From an uncultured Anaerolineales bacterium (GTDB lineage: Bacteria; Chloroflexota; Anaerolineae; CG2-30-64-16): DNA of 64,000 nt. Position 1 is the first letter of the stretch; every line of letters starts with the position of its first letter. Made by a program: the position numbers and the translations under genes. The notes below the pieces were generated by a model. It had not been told where the DNA came from. It saw only the letters and a program-made list of their open reading frames with translations, and did not search any database. The stretch covers positions 4,090 to 68,089 of the forward strand of contig CAYRFV010000001.1 in the NCBI GenBank assembly GCA_964423545.1, given 5' to 3'. Shown here piece by piece: positions 37,825-47,977 of the stretch.

Positions 37825-40623
37825 ATGCCCGAATCAGCTCAGGCACAACCGAAATGGTACACCCTGACTACGGAGGCCGTCGCACAACAACTGAAGGTCG
37901 ATCCTGCAAAGGGGTTGAGCGCATTCGAGGCACAGGAACGACTCAAGCAGTACGGCCCGAACCAGCTTGCCGGCAAGAAGAAGGAGCCGGGCTGGCAGGC
38001 CTTCCTCCGCCAGTACCGCGACTTCATGCAGATCATCCTGGTCGGCGCGGCCGTGATCAACCTGGTCTTCACACAGGATCTTCGCACAACCGTGATGTTG
38101 ATCATCCTCACCGTCTTCAACGCGGTCATGGGCATGCGCCAGGAATCGAAGGCCGAGGCAAGCCTGGCCGCGCTCGAAAAGATGATGAAAAACATCGCCC
38201 GCGTGCGCCGCGATGGCCAGGCGATCGAGATCGAGGCGGAGCAACTGGCGCCGGGTGACATTGTGCTGATGGAGGCGGGCAATCGCGTCCCGGCCGACGG
38301 TCGTCTCTTTGTCACCGCGACCTTGGAGATCGAGGAGGCTGCACTGACGGGCGAAAGCGTCGCCTCACCCAAGGACACCGAGACGATCGACAAAGCGGAT
38401 GCGCCGCTCGGCGACCGCCACTGCATGGCCTACATGAACACCTCGGTCACCCGCGGCCGCGGCGAGATGATCGTCACGACCACCGGCATGGCCACCGAGA
38501 TGGGCCACATCGCTGACTTGCTGAACAAGACCGAGGCGGACAAAACGCCCTTGCAGAAGCAGCTCGACAAGCTGACGATCATCATCGCGGGCATCGCCGG
38601 CCTGGCCTTCATCCTGATGATGATCCTGGGCCTGTCGCGCGGCGACTCATTTGATGCGATCTTCATTGCCGGCATTGCGCTCGCTATCTCTGCCATCCCC
38701 ACCGGCATGCCGGCCGTCGTGACCACCTTGTATTCGATGGGGACGCGCGTACTGGCAGCCCAGAACGCGATCGTCAAGCGGCTGCCATCGGTCGAAACGC
38801 TGGGCTCCGTCTCTGCGATCTGCTCCGACAAGACCGGCACGCTGACCCTCAACAAGATGACGGCGCGCGAGTTCACCATCCCGGGCCAGAATCGCTACCG
38901 GGTGACGGGCGAAGGCTACAGCACGCAGGGCGAGCTTCAGCTTACGCGCGGCATTCCGCCGGGCCAGCCCTGGCAGAAGGGCTCCGCGCCCTATAGCGTC
39001 GAAGGACAGATCCTGAGCGCCGGCGGGCCGAAAATCGATCTGGAGCCGATCCTCCTGCCCATGGCGCTGTGCGCCGACGCCCGCCTCGACGGCGAGAGCC
39101 TGATCGGAGATCCGACCGAAGGCGCCCTGATTGTGCTGGCCGAGAAGGGCGGCATCAGCGTGGAGGGCGCGCGGGAGATGTTTCCGCGCGTCGCGGAGGT
39201 GCCCTTCGACTCTGACTACAAGTTCATGGCCACCTTCCACAACATGACCGACGAACAGGGCAAGCCGGTGGTGCGCTGTTTCGTCAAGGGAGCGCCCGAC
39301 GTACTGATCGCCCGCAGCGGCTCCTATTGGCTGCCGGGCAGCGGCGTCATGCAGGCCACTCACGACCAGGGCGCCCTGGCGCTCAAGGAGAACGACCGCA
39401 TGGCGCAGGCAGGCGAGCGCGTCATGGTGGTGGCCCGCCGCGATTTCGATCCGGCGACCTTCGATCCCAAGGGCCCCGCCGGCGACGGCCGTCTGATCGA
39501 CCTGGTGAAGGAGCTGACGATTCTGGCGATGGTTGGCATCGTCGATCCCCCGCGTGCCGAGGCGAAGGCCGCGATCGCCAAATGCCACAGCGCAGGCATC
39601 CAGGTGCGCATGATCACGGGCGACCACGCGGTCACGGCCGCGGCCATCGGCCACGAGCTAGGCATCACGGGCAAGGCGCTGACCGGCGCGCAGTTTGCGG
39701 CGATGAGCGATGAGGAGCTGAAGCGGGAGCTGCCCGATATCGGCGTGATTGCACGCGTGGCGCCAGAGGACAAGATCCGGTTGGTGCGGCTGCTCCAGGA
39801 GCAGAGTCACATCGTCGCCATGACGGGCGATGGCGTGAACGACGCGCCCGCCCTCAAGAAGGCCGACATCGGCGTCGCAATGGGCATCACCGGCACCGAG
39901 GTGTCGAAAGGCGCGGCCGTGATGATCCTGACCGACGACAACTTCGCCACCATCGTCAAGGCCGTCGAGTACGGCCGGGGGATCTACGACAACCTGGCGA
40001 AGTACATCCGCTTCCAGATGACTGCGCTGGTGGCGTTCATCGCCTCCTACCTGGGCGCGGCGCTGTTTGTCATCGCCGGCGGGGTGCCGTTCGTACCGTC
40101 GGTGGTGCTGTGGATCAACTTCCTGGTGCAGGTGCCCATCGCCATCGCGCTGGGCTACGACAGTCCGTCTGCGGGGCTGATGGAACGCAAGCCGCGGCCG
40201 TTGAGCCAACCGGTGCTGACCCGGGCCCAGTGGATGCGACTCATCTTCGTCGGCCTCCTGATGGCGATCGGCACCCTGGCGCTGGAAACGTTCTACACAC
40301 CGGGCGGCGAAGCGCTGATGTACACCATGGGATTCGCCGTCTTCTCGCTGTTCAACATCTCGATGGGCATGGCCTCGCGCAGCGAGACAGATTCGGTCTT
40401 CAACCGCGAAGTCATCTCCGACCGGCGCCAACTGCTGCTCTACGGACTGGCCCTGCTCTTCACGCTTCTACCGACCGAGCTGGATTTTGTGCAGAAGCGT
40501 TTCGGTCTGACCAGCCTCACCATACAGCAATGGTTGATCTGCTTCGCACTTGCCGTGGCCCTGCTCCTTGTGATGGAGGGCATCAAGGCCTTAATGCGCC
40601 GGCGCCAGAGCAAGCAGGCGTGA
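37825..40623 (+). CDS. cation-transporting P-type ATPase (type II, Ca2+-ATPase-like)
   Basis: 932 aa. Contains CSDKTGTLT phosphorylation motif, MITGDH and MTGDGVNDAPALKKADIGVAMG. Ion specificity cannot be determined from the sequence. Confidence 0.9.
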   Translation: MPESAQAQPKWYTLTTEAVAQQLKVDPAKGLSAFEAQERLKQYGPNQLAGKKKEPGWQAFLRQYRDFMQIILVGAAVINLVFTQDLRTTVMLIILTVFNAVMGMRQESKAEASLAALEKMMKNIARVRRDGQAIEIEAEQLAPGDIVLMEAGNRVPADGRLFVTATLEIEEAALTGESVASPKDTETIDKADAPLGDRHCMAYMNTSVTRGRGEMIVTTTGMATEMGHIADLLNKTEADKTPLQKQLDKLTIIIAGIAGLAFILMMILGLSRGDSFDAIFIAGIALAISAIPTGMPAVVTTLYSMGTRVLAAQNAIVKRLPSVETLGSVSAICSDKTGTLTLNKMTAREFTIPGQNRYRVTGEGYSTQGELQLTRGIPPGQPWQKGSAPYSVEGQILSAGGPKIDLEPILLPMALCADARLDGESLIGDPTEGALIVLAEKGGISVEGAREMFPRVAEVPFDSDYKFMATFHNMTDEQGKPVVRCFVKGAPDVLIARSGSYWLPGSGVMQATHDQGALALKENDRMAQAGERVMVVARRDFDPATFDPKGPAGDGRLIDLVKELTILAMVGIVDPPRAEAKAAIAKCHSAGIQVRMITGDHAVTAAAIGHELGITGKALTGAQFAAMSDEELKRELPDIGVIARVAPEDKIRLVRLLQEQSHIVAMTGDGVNDAPALKKADIGVAMGITGTEVSKGAAVMILTDDNFATIVKAVEYGRGIYDNLAKYIRFQMTALVAFIASYLGAALFVIAGGVPFVPSVVLWINFLVQVPIAIALGYDSPSAGLMERKPRPLSQPVLTRAQWMRLIFVGLLMAIGTLALETFYTPGGEALMYTMGFAVFSLFNISMGMASRSETDSVFNREVISDRRQLLLYGLALLFTLLPTELDFVQKRFGLTSLTIQQWLICFALAVALLLVMEGIKALMRRRQSKQA

Positions 40624-40663
40624 ACCAGAAGGCCGGGATGGATCGTTGGGAAGGAGCGAGAAC

Positions 40664-41078
40664 ATGACCGCGAAATCGAGCTACACAGAGCAAGAATGGG
40701 CCGGCCTGGTCAGGGCGCCGATCACCACCGGCGCCTATGTCATGGTTGCCGATCCGAGCGTCACGGCGATGGTCTCGGAGACGCAGGGCATGCTGAAGGC
40801 CATTCAGGCACAGCAAGCGCCTGAAGCAGCCGGCGAACTGGTGGCCGCAGTCGTCGCCGAGATCGTGGCGATGGCCAGCCGGAAAGAGAAGATGGCGTCG
40901 CCACAGGTGGACAAGAGCCAGGACCCGAAGCCTCAGATGATGGCGAATCTCAAGCAGGATCTCCCGGTCCTGGAGGCGAAGTCGACGCCCGCAGAGAGCC
41001 GGCTTCTATCGTTGGCTGCTTACAGTGGCCCAGGCGACCGCCGATTCTGATCCAGATACTGCCAATTCGCGGACATGA
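40664..41078 (+). pseudogene. hypothetical protein, apparently frameshifted near 40995
   Basis: ATG 40664 follows GGAAGGAG. The annotated frame stops at 41050. The +1 frame is open from 40941, reads AGFYRWLLTVAQATADS..., and ends in a TGA (41076-41078) overlapping the sulP ATG (ATGA coupling). Confidence 0.45.
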
Positions 41079-42901
41079 GCAACCCAACCGCCACGCCAGC
41101 CCGATCTTCGGGAGTGGAACCGCCTGACGCCAATCCGTTTGTGCGTGCACCGCGGCCTCGAGGCCTGGGGCGCTGGATCCCGGCGCTCCAGACGCTGCGA
41201 AGCTATCGGCGAGCGTGGTTGGCCAAGGATATCGTGGCTGGGCTGGTGCTCACGGCCATCCTTGTCCCGGTCGGCATGGGCTACGCCGAAGCGGCCGGAC
41301 TGCCTGCGATCTACGGCCTGTATGCCACCATGCTTCCGCTCCTGGCATACGCCATCTTCGGCCCCAGCCGCATCCTCGTGCTCGGTCCGGACTCCTCGTT
41401 GGCCGCCATCATCGCAGCCACGATCGTGCCGCTGGCCGCAGGCGATCCCGACCGCCTGGTGGCGCTGGCGGGCATGCTCGCCCTGATGACTGGGGGGCTG
41501 TGCATCATCGCCGGCCTGGCGCACTTCGGTTTCATCACGGATCTGCTCTCGAAACCCATACGCCTGGGCTATCTGAACGGCATTGCGCTCACAGTCCTCA
41601 TCGGCCAGTTGCCCAAGATGCTGGGCTTTTCGGCCAGCGGCGAGAATCTGATCCAGGAAGCAGTCAGCCTGGTGCGCGGCTTTGCGCAGGGCATGACCAA
41701 CTGGACGACTCTGACGATCGGCGTCACATCGCTGGCCATCATCCTGGTCTTCAAGCGTCGCTGGCCCAAAGTCCCGGGCGTGCTGATCGCCGTCATCGGC
41801 GCCACGGCAGTCGTGGGCGTACTGGATCTGGCGACCCGGGCTGGCGTGTCGGTCGTTGGGCCCCTACCTCAGGGGCTGCCCTCGTTTCAGATCCCGCGCG
41901 TCTCGGTCACCGATCTGGGCCCGCTGCTGGCGGGCGCGCTCGCGATTACGCTGGTTTCGTTCGCTGACACCAGCGTGCTGTCGCGCGTTTTCGCTCTGCG
42001 CGGCGGCTATGAAGTCGACCAGAATCAGGAGATCGTTGCGCTCGGCGCGGCGAATGTCGCGGCCGGGCTGTTCCAAGGGTTTTCGATCAGCAGCAGTTCG
42101 TCGCGCACTCCCGTGGCGGAATCGGCGGGCGCGAAGACGCAACTGACGGGGGTGGTTGGCGCCCTGTGCATCGCCCTGCTACTGGTCTTTGCGCCGACGC
42201 TGCTGCAGAATCTACCCAATGCCGTCTTGGGTGCGGTGGTGATCTCGGCATGCCTGTCGCTGGTGGACATACCCGGCGTCGTCCGCCTGTATCACCTGCG
42301 TCGCGGCGAGTTTGTACTCTCGGTCGTCTGTTTTCTGGGAGTTGCGCTCGTCGGTGTGATCCAGGGAATCTTCATTGCGGTCGCGCTGGCGTTGCTCGGC
42401 TTCATCTGGCGCGCGTGGCGGCCCTACGATGCCGTGCTGGGCCGCGTCGAGGATCTGAAAGGTTATCACGACATCACGCGCTATCCCGAGGCGAAGCGCA
42501 TCCCGGGTCTGGTGCTGTTCCGCTGGGACGCGCCGCTGTTCTTCGCCAACGCTGAGATCTTTCGCGAGCGCATCTTGGAAGCGGTTGCGCAGGCGCCGAC
42601 CCCAGCGAAATGGGTCGTCGTGGCTGCCGAACCTGTGACCGATATCGATATCACGGCGGCCGAGGTGTTGGCATCGCTTGACGATGACCTCAAGCGGGCC
42701 GAGGTCGAACTCTGTTTTGCCGAAATGAAAGACCCGGTGAAAGACCGCCTCAAGCGCTACGGCCTGTTCACCAAGATTGGAGCCGAGGGTTTCTTCCCGA
42801 CGATTGGCCGGGCGGTCGATGCATACCTTGAGACGCACGATGTGGCGTGGGCGGATTGGGAAGATGCCCGGCAATCCCAGGCTGCCGGACGAAAGCAATA
42901 G
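41075..42901 (+). CDS. SulP-family anion transporter with C-terminal STAS domain
   Basis: 608 aa with a polytopic N-terminal domain. The STAS-like C-terminus (VVVAAEPVTDIDITAAEVLASLDDDLKRAEVELCFAEMKDPVKDRL) is typical of the family. Confidence 0.85.
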   Translation: MSNPTATPARSSGVEPPDANPFVRAPRPRGLGRWIPALQTLRSYRRAWLAKDIVAGLVLTAILVPVGMGYAEAAGLPAIYGLYATMLPLLAYAIFGPSRILVLGPDSSLAAIIAATIVPLAAGDPDRLVALAGMLALMTGGLCIIAGLAHFGFITDLLSKPIRLGYLNGIALTVLIGQLPKMLGFSASGENLIQEAVSLVRGFAQGMTNWTTLTIGVTSLAIILVFKRRWPKVPGVLIAVIGATAVVGVLDLATRAGVSVVGPLPQGLPSFQIPRVSVTDLGPLLAGALAITLVSFADTSVLSRVFALRGGYEVDQNQEIVALGAANVAAGLFQGFSISSSSSRTPVAESAGAKTQLTGVVGALCIALLLVFAPTLLQNLPNAVLGAVVISACLSLVDIPGVVRLYHLRRGEFVLSVVCFLGVALVGVIQGIFIAVALALLGFIWRAWRPYDAVLGRVEDLKGYHDITRYPEAKRIPGLVLFRWDAPLFFANAEIFRERILEAVAQAPTPAKWVVVAAEPVTDIDITAAEVLASLDDDLKRAEVELCFAEMKDPVKDRLKRYGLFTKIGAEGFFPTIGRAVDAYLETHDVAWADWEDARQSQAAGRKQ

Positions 42902-42978
42902 GCCGGCTCGGTGATGTCTCCTATCGGTGGCGCGCCTCGAACGCGTCACGACCTTCATCCGGGAAAGGACGTTCGCTT

Positions 42979-44625
42979 ATGACCGATGCCTCGAAGGCCA
43001 ACACTGCTGGTTGGTCCGTGCTCGCCATGTTGGCTGCAGCGCAGTTCATCATGGTGCTCGACACGACGGTGATGAACGTGTCGATCTCACAGGTCGTCGA
43101 GGATCTCAACACGACTGTCGTCGGGTTGCAGACGGCGATCACGCTTTACACGCTTGTCATGGCCGCGTTCATGCTGCTGGGCGGCAAGCTCGGCGACCGC
43201 TGGGGCGCAAGACGAGCCTTTGCCATCGGCATGCTCATCTACGGCACCGGATCGCTCATCACGGCCTTCTCGCCCACCCTTGGCGTATTGCTGGTCGGGT
43301 GGTCATTCATTGAGGGCTTCGGCGCCATCCTGGTGATCCCGGCGATCGCTGCACTGACAGCGGCCAACTACGCCGGTCGCCAGCGCGCCATGGCCTACGG
43401 CATCCTGGGCGGCGTCAATGGGATGTCGGCCGCGCTCGGCCCGCTGATCGGCGGCTGGGTGACGGCCAACTTCACGTGGCGGCTCGTCTTCGCCGCCGAG
43501 ACAGCCACCGTGCTGGTGCTCATGCTCTTCCTGCGCGCGATCCCTGCGACGCCCGGACGCCGCGGCAAACTCGACCTCGGCGGTGCATTCCTGTCAGCCG
43601 CCGGCCTGGGACTTGCCGTGTTCGGCATCCTGCGCTCGAGCCAGTGGGGCTGGATTACGCCCAAACCCGCGGCGCCCGCGACGCCTCTCGGCCTCTCGCC
43701 GGTGATTTGGCTGATCGTGGGCGGCCTCATTCTGCTGGGGCTTTTCATCCGACGAGAGGAGGCCTTGATGGCCGCCGGCGGCGAGCCACTCCTGGATGTC
43801 GGACTGCTCAAGATCCCGCGCTTGCGAGCAGGCCTGAACACCCTGGCCAGCCAGCAGTTCATGATCATGGGCATCTTCTTCGTGCTGCCGCTCTATCTGC
43901 AGACGGTGCTCGGTTACAACTCACTACAGACCGGCGTCATCATCTTGCCCCTATCGCTGAGCTTGTTCGCATCGGCGCTCCTGGGCGCCTCACTGACCGC
44001 GCGCTTCGCGCCGAGACGCATCGTCGAATTCGGCCTGGGGGCCATGATCGCCGGCGCGGTCCTGCTCATCGCCTTCACCGGGCCGGACCTGCGCTCGGTC
44101 GGCTTTACCCTGGCGTTGGCGCTGGTGGGTGCGGGCAACGGGCTTCAGGTCTCGCAGCTCGGCAACGAAATCATGTCATCAGTCGCGGCCGAACGCGGCA
44201 GCGAGGCCGGCGGCCTGCAGGGAACCTCGATGAACCTCGGCGCCTCGTTGGGAACCGCACTGGTCGGCTCGGTGCTGATCGCGTCCCTGGTGAGCAACTT
44301 CCAGAGCGCGGTGCTGGCCAACCCCGTGCTTACAGATGTAAGCAGCCAATTGGTGACTGCGGCAGAGCAAAACGCCAACTTCGTCAGCGTCGCGCAGGTG
44401 CAGGCCGGCGCGGAGCAGGCGGACCTGACCCCCGAGCAGGTGGATGCGGTCACGATGGAATACGCCAACGCGCAGATTTCGGCGCTCAAGGCGGCTTTCG
44501 CCCTGGTCGCCGTGGCCGCGCTCATCGCGCTATGGTATGTGCGCCGCTTGCCGACGAAAGCCGGGCCCAACGACTCGGGTGAGTCGCCCGCAGCCGCCGC
44601 GGCGGCTGCCGCGGCGACGGGCTGA
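42979..44625 (+). CDS. MFS transporter (DHA2/EmrB-like, 14-TMS type)
   Basis: ATG 42979 follows GGGAAAGGA. Contains AAAQFIMVLDTTVMNVS and GKLGDRWGARRAF motifs. ~548 aa. Confidence 0.8.
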   Translation: MTDASKANTAGWSVLAMLAAAQFIMVLDTTVMNVSISQVVEDLNTTVVGLQTAITLYTLVMAAFMLLGGKLGDRWGARRAFAIGMLIYGTGSLITAFSPTLGVLLVGWSFIEGFGAILVIPAIAALTAANYAGRQRAMAYGILGGVNGMSAALGPLIGGWVTANFTWRLVFAAETATVLVLMLFLRAIPATPGRRGKLDLGGAFLSAAGLGLAVFGILRSSQWGWITPKPAAPATPLGLSPVIWLIVGGLILLGLFIRREEALMAAGGEPLLDVGLLKIPRLRAGLNTLASQQFMIMGIFFVLPLYLQTVLGYNSLQTGVIILPLSLSLFASALLGASLTARFAPRRIVEFGLGAMIAGAVLLIAFTGPDLRSVGFTLALALVGAGNGLQVSQLGNEIMSSVAAERGSEAGGLQGTSMNLGASLGTALVGSVLIASLVSNFQSAVLANPVLTDVSSQLVTAAEQNANFVSVAQVQAGAEQADLTPEQVDAVTMEYANAQISALKAAFALVAVAALIALWYVRRLPTKAGPNDSGESPAAAAAAAAATG

Positions 44626-44638
44626 TGAGGGTGCGCGC

Positions 44639-44920
44639 ATGACGGATGGCATCGCCATCGCCGCTTTCTGGGGCGGATTGGCTGCCGCATCGCTCGTTGT
44701 CGGCGCCGTGCTGGCAGTGCGCCACCCACCGGCAGAGCGGACCACCGGCGCGGTGATGGGATTCGGCGCAGGTGCGCTGCTCGGCGGCATCGCATATGAA
44801 GTGGCGCCGGAGTCGATGATGAACGATCTGGGGTGGGGCATCCTCGCCGCCTTCGCGGCGGGCGCGATGCTGACGACACTTGGTTTCGTGATGGCCACGA
44901 CCCTGCCGGTGCTGGAGTAA
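44639..44920 (+). CDS. small membrane protein resembling the N-terminal part of ZIP-family metal transporters (possible remnant)
   Basis: 93 aa with 3 hydrophobic segments. GAVMGFGAGALLGGIAYEVAPES resembles the first helices of GufA/ZupT-like proteins. The downstream metal-binding helices are absent. Confidence 0.35.
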   Translation: MTDGIAIAAFWGGLAAASLVVGAVLAVRHPPAERTTGAVMGFGAGALLGGIAYEVAPESMMNDLGWGILAAFAAGAMLTTLGFVMATTLPVLE

Positions 44921-44974
44921 CCGGCGCGGGACGACAGGCTTGAGTTGTCGCACCCATACAAGGAGCAAAGTCTA

Positions 44975-46060
44975 ATGGGAGAACGTATCGGCATCGTGAC
45001 CGGGGGCGGTGACTGCCCCGGCCTCAACGCAGTCATTCGCGCCGTGGTCAAGGCGGCGGCTCATCGCGGCTGGGAGTCTGTCGGCTTCCTGGGTGGGTAC
45101 GAGGGGATGCTTGCCCCTTTGAGCTATCGGCCGCTCGACTACCGACAGATGGGTGGCCTGCTCTTTCGCGGGGGGACCATTCTGGGCACCAGCAACCGCG
45201 GGCGCTTTGCCGCCAAGACCGGGCACGGTGAGGTGCGCCGCGTACCCGACGAGATCTTGCAGGAGGCGAGGCGCAATTTCGATGCGCTCGGCCTGCGCGC
45301 CCTGGTCTGCATCGGCGGCGACGGCTCGCTGACGATTGCCCAACAGCTATACGAGACCGGCGTGCCCGTCGTCGGCGTACCCAAGACAATCGACAACGAT
45401 CTCGATGCCACCATCATGACCTTTGGGTTCGAGACAGCCGTGACGTGCGCAGTCGATGCCCTCGACCGGCTGCACAGCACCGCCGAGAGCCACGGTCGCG
45501 TGATGGTGCTGGAGGTGATGGGGCGATACGCAGGCTGGATTGCCGGCTTCGCGGGGCTGGCAGGTGGGGCGGATGTCATCCTGATCCCGGAAATTCCGTT
45601 CAATTTCGATTCCGTTGTGGCGAAGATCGAGGAACGAGAGGCGGCCGGCAAACACTTCACCGTCATCGTCGCGGCGGAGGGAGCCCGGCTGGCAGGCGGA
45701 GGCTTCGTGACCGCCGGCGAGGGCGGGACCAACCGCGAGGCGCGATTGGGTGGGATCGGCCAGATGGTCGCTGGCGAGGTCGAGATGCGAACGGGCAAGG
45801 AGAGTCGCGCCGTCGTGCTGGGCCACCTGCAGCGCGGCGGCGCGCCGACGGCGTGGGATCGCCAGCTCTGCACGCGTTTCGGCGTCAGCGCCGTCGAGCT
45901 CATCACCCAAGAACGATACGGTCACATGGTCGCGCTGACCCGCGGCGGCATCGAGCCGGTGCTCCTCACGGACGCCATCGACAAGATCCGCACCGTGCCG
46001 CCGGACGGCGAACTCGTGCGCGTAGGCCGAGCCATCGGAATCAGCTTCGGCAACGAGTAG
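44975..46060 (+). CDS. pfkA: 6-phosphofructokinase
   Basis: ATG 44975 follows AAGGAG. Contains GIVTGGGDCPGLNAVIRAVV, CIGGDGSLT and GVPKTIDNDL. Confidence 0.85.
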   Translation: MGERIGIVTGGGDCPGLNAVIRAVVKAAAHRGWESVGFLGGYEGMLAPLSYRPLDYRQMGGLLFRGGTILGTSNRGRFAAKTGHGEVRRVPDEILQEARRNFDALGLRALVCIGGDGSLTIAQQLYETGVPVVGVPKTIDNDLDATIMTFGFETAVTCAVDALDRLHSTAESHGRVMVLEVMGRYAGWIAGFAGLAGGADVILIPEIPFNFDSVVAKIEEREAAGKHFTVIVAAEGARLAGGGFVTAGEGGTNREARLGGIGQMVAGEVEMRTGKESRAVVLGHLQRGGAPTAWDRQLCTRFGVSAVELITQERYGHMVALTRGGIEPVLLTDAIDKIRTVPPDGELVRVGRAIGISFGNE

Positions 46061-46090
46061 CGCCGTTCGAAACCGCAGCCACCCGCACCG

Positions 46091-47803
46091 TCAATCGTCG
46101 ACCCAAAGCGGCACGATCTTGAACTGATCTACGTCGACCAACCCCTGGTCGGTCAGCTTCAGATGAGGAATCACCTCAAGCGCCAGGAAGCTGAGGGCCA
46201 TGAACGGGTCGTGCATATTCGAGCCGAGCGTGTGGGCGGCGCCGATAACATCGTCCAGCGCGCGGCGCACCTCAGCGATCGGCTTGTTCGACATCAGCCC
46301 GGCCACGGGCAGCGGCAAACGCGCGAGTATGCGCACACCGTCGGCGACGGCCAGCCCGCCGCCCATGTCAGCGATGGCGCCCGCCGCGGTGCTGAGCGAG
46401 ATGTTATCGGTGCCGGCCACGATCAAGTTGTGGTGGTCGTGCGCAATCGTGGAGGCGATGGCGCCGCGGCGCAGTCCGAGCCCCTGCACAAATCCCTTGC
46501 CGACGTGTCCCGTCGCCATGTGCCGCTCGATCACCGCCAGCTTGATGATGTCGCGATCGATATCGGGCACCGCGAAGCCGGACGCCGTTGGTATCTCGAG
46601 GAGGCGATCTTCCGTCATGAGGTCATCGGGCGCTGTGCCGATGACGTGGGCATGGCGACCCTCGGCCGGGATCGTGAAATCGACGGTGTGCCAGTTCACA
46701 TTGATCGAGCCGCGCAGATAGGAGGGGCGCTCTGGCAGTTCGAAGGGCAGCATCCGGCCGTTTTCCGCGACCACCTGTCCCCCGCGGATCACCAGGCGAA
46801 CGGCGAACTCCTGTAGATCGTCAAAGACGATCAGATCGGCGCGATGTCCAGGCCGGATGCCGCCGCGATCGTAGAGGCGAAACCACTCGGCGGGATTGAG
46901 GGTCGCCATTCGGATCGCATTCACCGGGTCGATGCCGGCGCGAATTGCGCTGCGCACCAGGTGATCGACGCTGCCTTCGTCGAGCAGGTCGCCCGGATGG
47001 CGGTCATCGGTGCAGAAGCAGATGCGCCGGGCGTTGTCTGGGGTGATCATGGGCAGCAGCCTGGACAGGTTGTGCGCGTTGGTCGCTTCACGAATCAGGA
47101 TATACATGCCCAGCCGCAGCTTCTCCAGCGCCTCCTCCGTGGTGGTGCATTCGTGGTCCGAACCGATGCCGGCCGCCAGGTACGCGTTCAGATCCTTGCC
47201 GCTCAGGCCGGGCGCGTGCCCGTCCAACACGCGGGTCTTGAACGCATCGAGCTTTTCCAGCACGATCGGATCCTCGCGGACAACGCCTGGATAGTTCATC
47301 ATTTCCGCCAAGCCCAGCACCCAGCGGTCGTTCTGCAGCGCAGAGATATCTTTCGCCTCCAAATAGGCGCCGGCGGTTGCCATGTGCGTGGCAGGCACAC
47401 ACGACGGCACCATCACGAACATGCTGAGCTGGCCGTACTTGGCCTGATCGAACATGTAGCGGATGCCGTCGAGCCCCAGGACATTGGTGATCTCGTGCGG
47501 ATCGGCAATGACTGATGTGACGCCGCGCGGCACAACTGTCGCGGCAAATTGTCGGACGCCGACCATCGCACTCTCGATGTGCACGTGCGCGTCGATCAGG
47601 CCCGGCGCCAGGTAACTCCCCATAAGGTCAATGTCGCGTTGGCCGCTGTACCCGGTCCCGACCCCCGCAATACGGCCGTTGACGATCGCTACATCCGTCG
47701 GATAGATTTCGTTGGAGTAGACGTTCACGAGGCGAGCATTGCGCAGCACCAAGTCGGCAGGCGCGTCACCGCGAGCAACACGAATCACATCGTTGAGTTC
47801 CAT
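46091..47803 (-). CDS. ade: adenine deaminase
   Basis: 570 aa. LRNARLVNVYSNEIYPTDVAIVNGRIAGVG and LIDAHVHIESAMV are typical of Ade. Confidence 0.9.
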   Translation of the reverse strand: MELNDVIRVARGDAPADLVLRNARLVNVYSNEIYPTDVAIVNGRIAGVGTGYSGQRDIDLMGSYLAPGLIDAHVHIESAMVGVRQFAATVVPRGVTSVIADPHEITNVLGLDGIRYMFDQAKYGQLSMFVMVPSCVPATHMATAGAYLEAKDISALQNDRWVLGLAEMMNYPGVVREDPIVLEKLDAFKTRVLDGHAPGLSGKDLNAYLAAGIGSDHECTTTEEALEKLRLGMYILIREATNAHNLSRLLPMITPDNARRICFCTDDRHPGDLLDEGSVDHLVRSAIRAGIDPVNAIRMATLNPAEWFRLYDRGGIRPGHRADLIVFDDLQEFAVRLVIRGGQVVAENGRMLPFELPERPSYLRGSINVNWHTVDFTIPAEGRHAHVIGTAPDDLMTEDRLLEIPTASGFAVPDIDRDIIKLAVIERHMATGHVGKGFVQGLGLRRGAIASTIAHDHHNLIVAGTDNISLSTAAGAIADMGGGLAVADGVRILARLPLPVAGLMSNKPIAEVRRALDDVIGAAHTLGSNMHDPFMALSFLALEVIPHLKLTDQGLVDVDQFKIVPLWVDD

Positions 47804-47902
47804 GGCTTCTCCCGGATGCTCCAGACGAAGGCTGAACGCTGGACGCTAAGAGCGAGCGGCAACGGCGCCGGATTCAACCTGCCTGGCTTCAGGTCGCGAT
47901 CG

Positions 47903-47911
47903 ATTATACCA
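47903..47911 (-). promoter_or_regulatory. extended -10 promoter element (TGGTATAAT) for ade
   Basis: The minus strand reads TGGTATAAT. The -35 is weak. The implied leader to ATG 47803 is ~90 nt. Confidence 0.45.
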
Positions 47912-47948
47912 TACCTCGCACTGCCCTCGCTGACATGACGCCGGTCAT

Positions 47949-47977
47949 TTGCATCGAATGGTAACCTGAAATACAAT
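47949..47977 (+). promoter_or_regulatory. sigma-70-like promoter for the second BMP importer operon
   Basis: TTGCAT (47949-47954), 17-nt spacer, TACAAT (47972-47977). The implied leader to ATG 48116 is ~130 nt. Confidence 0.5.
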
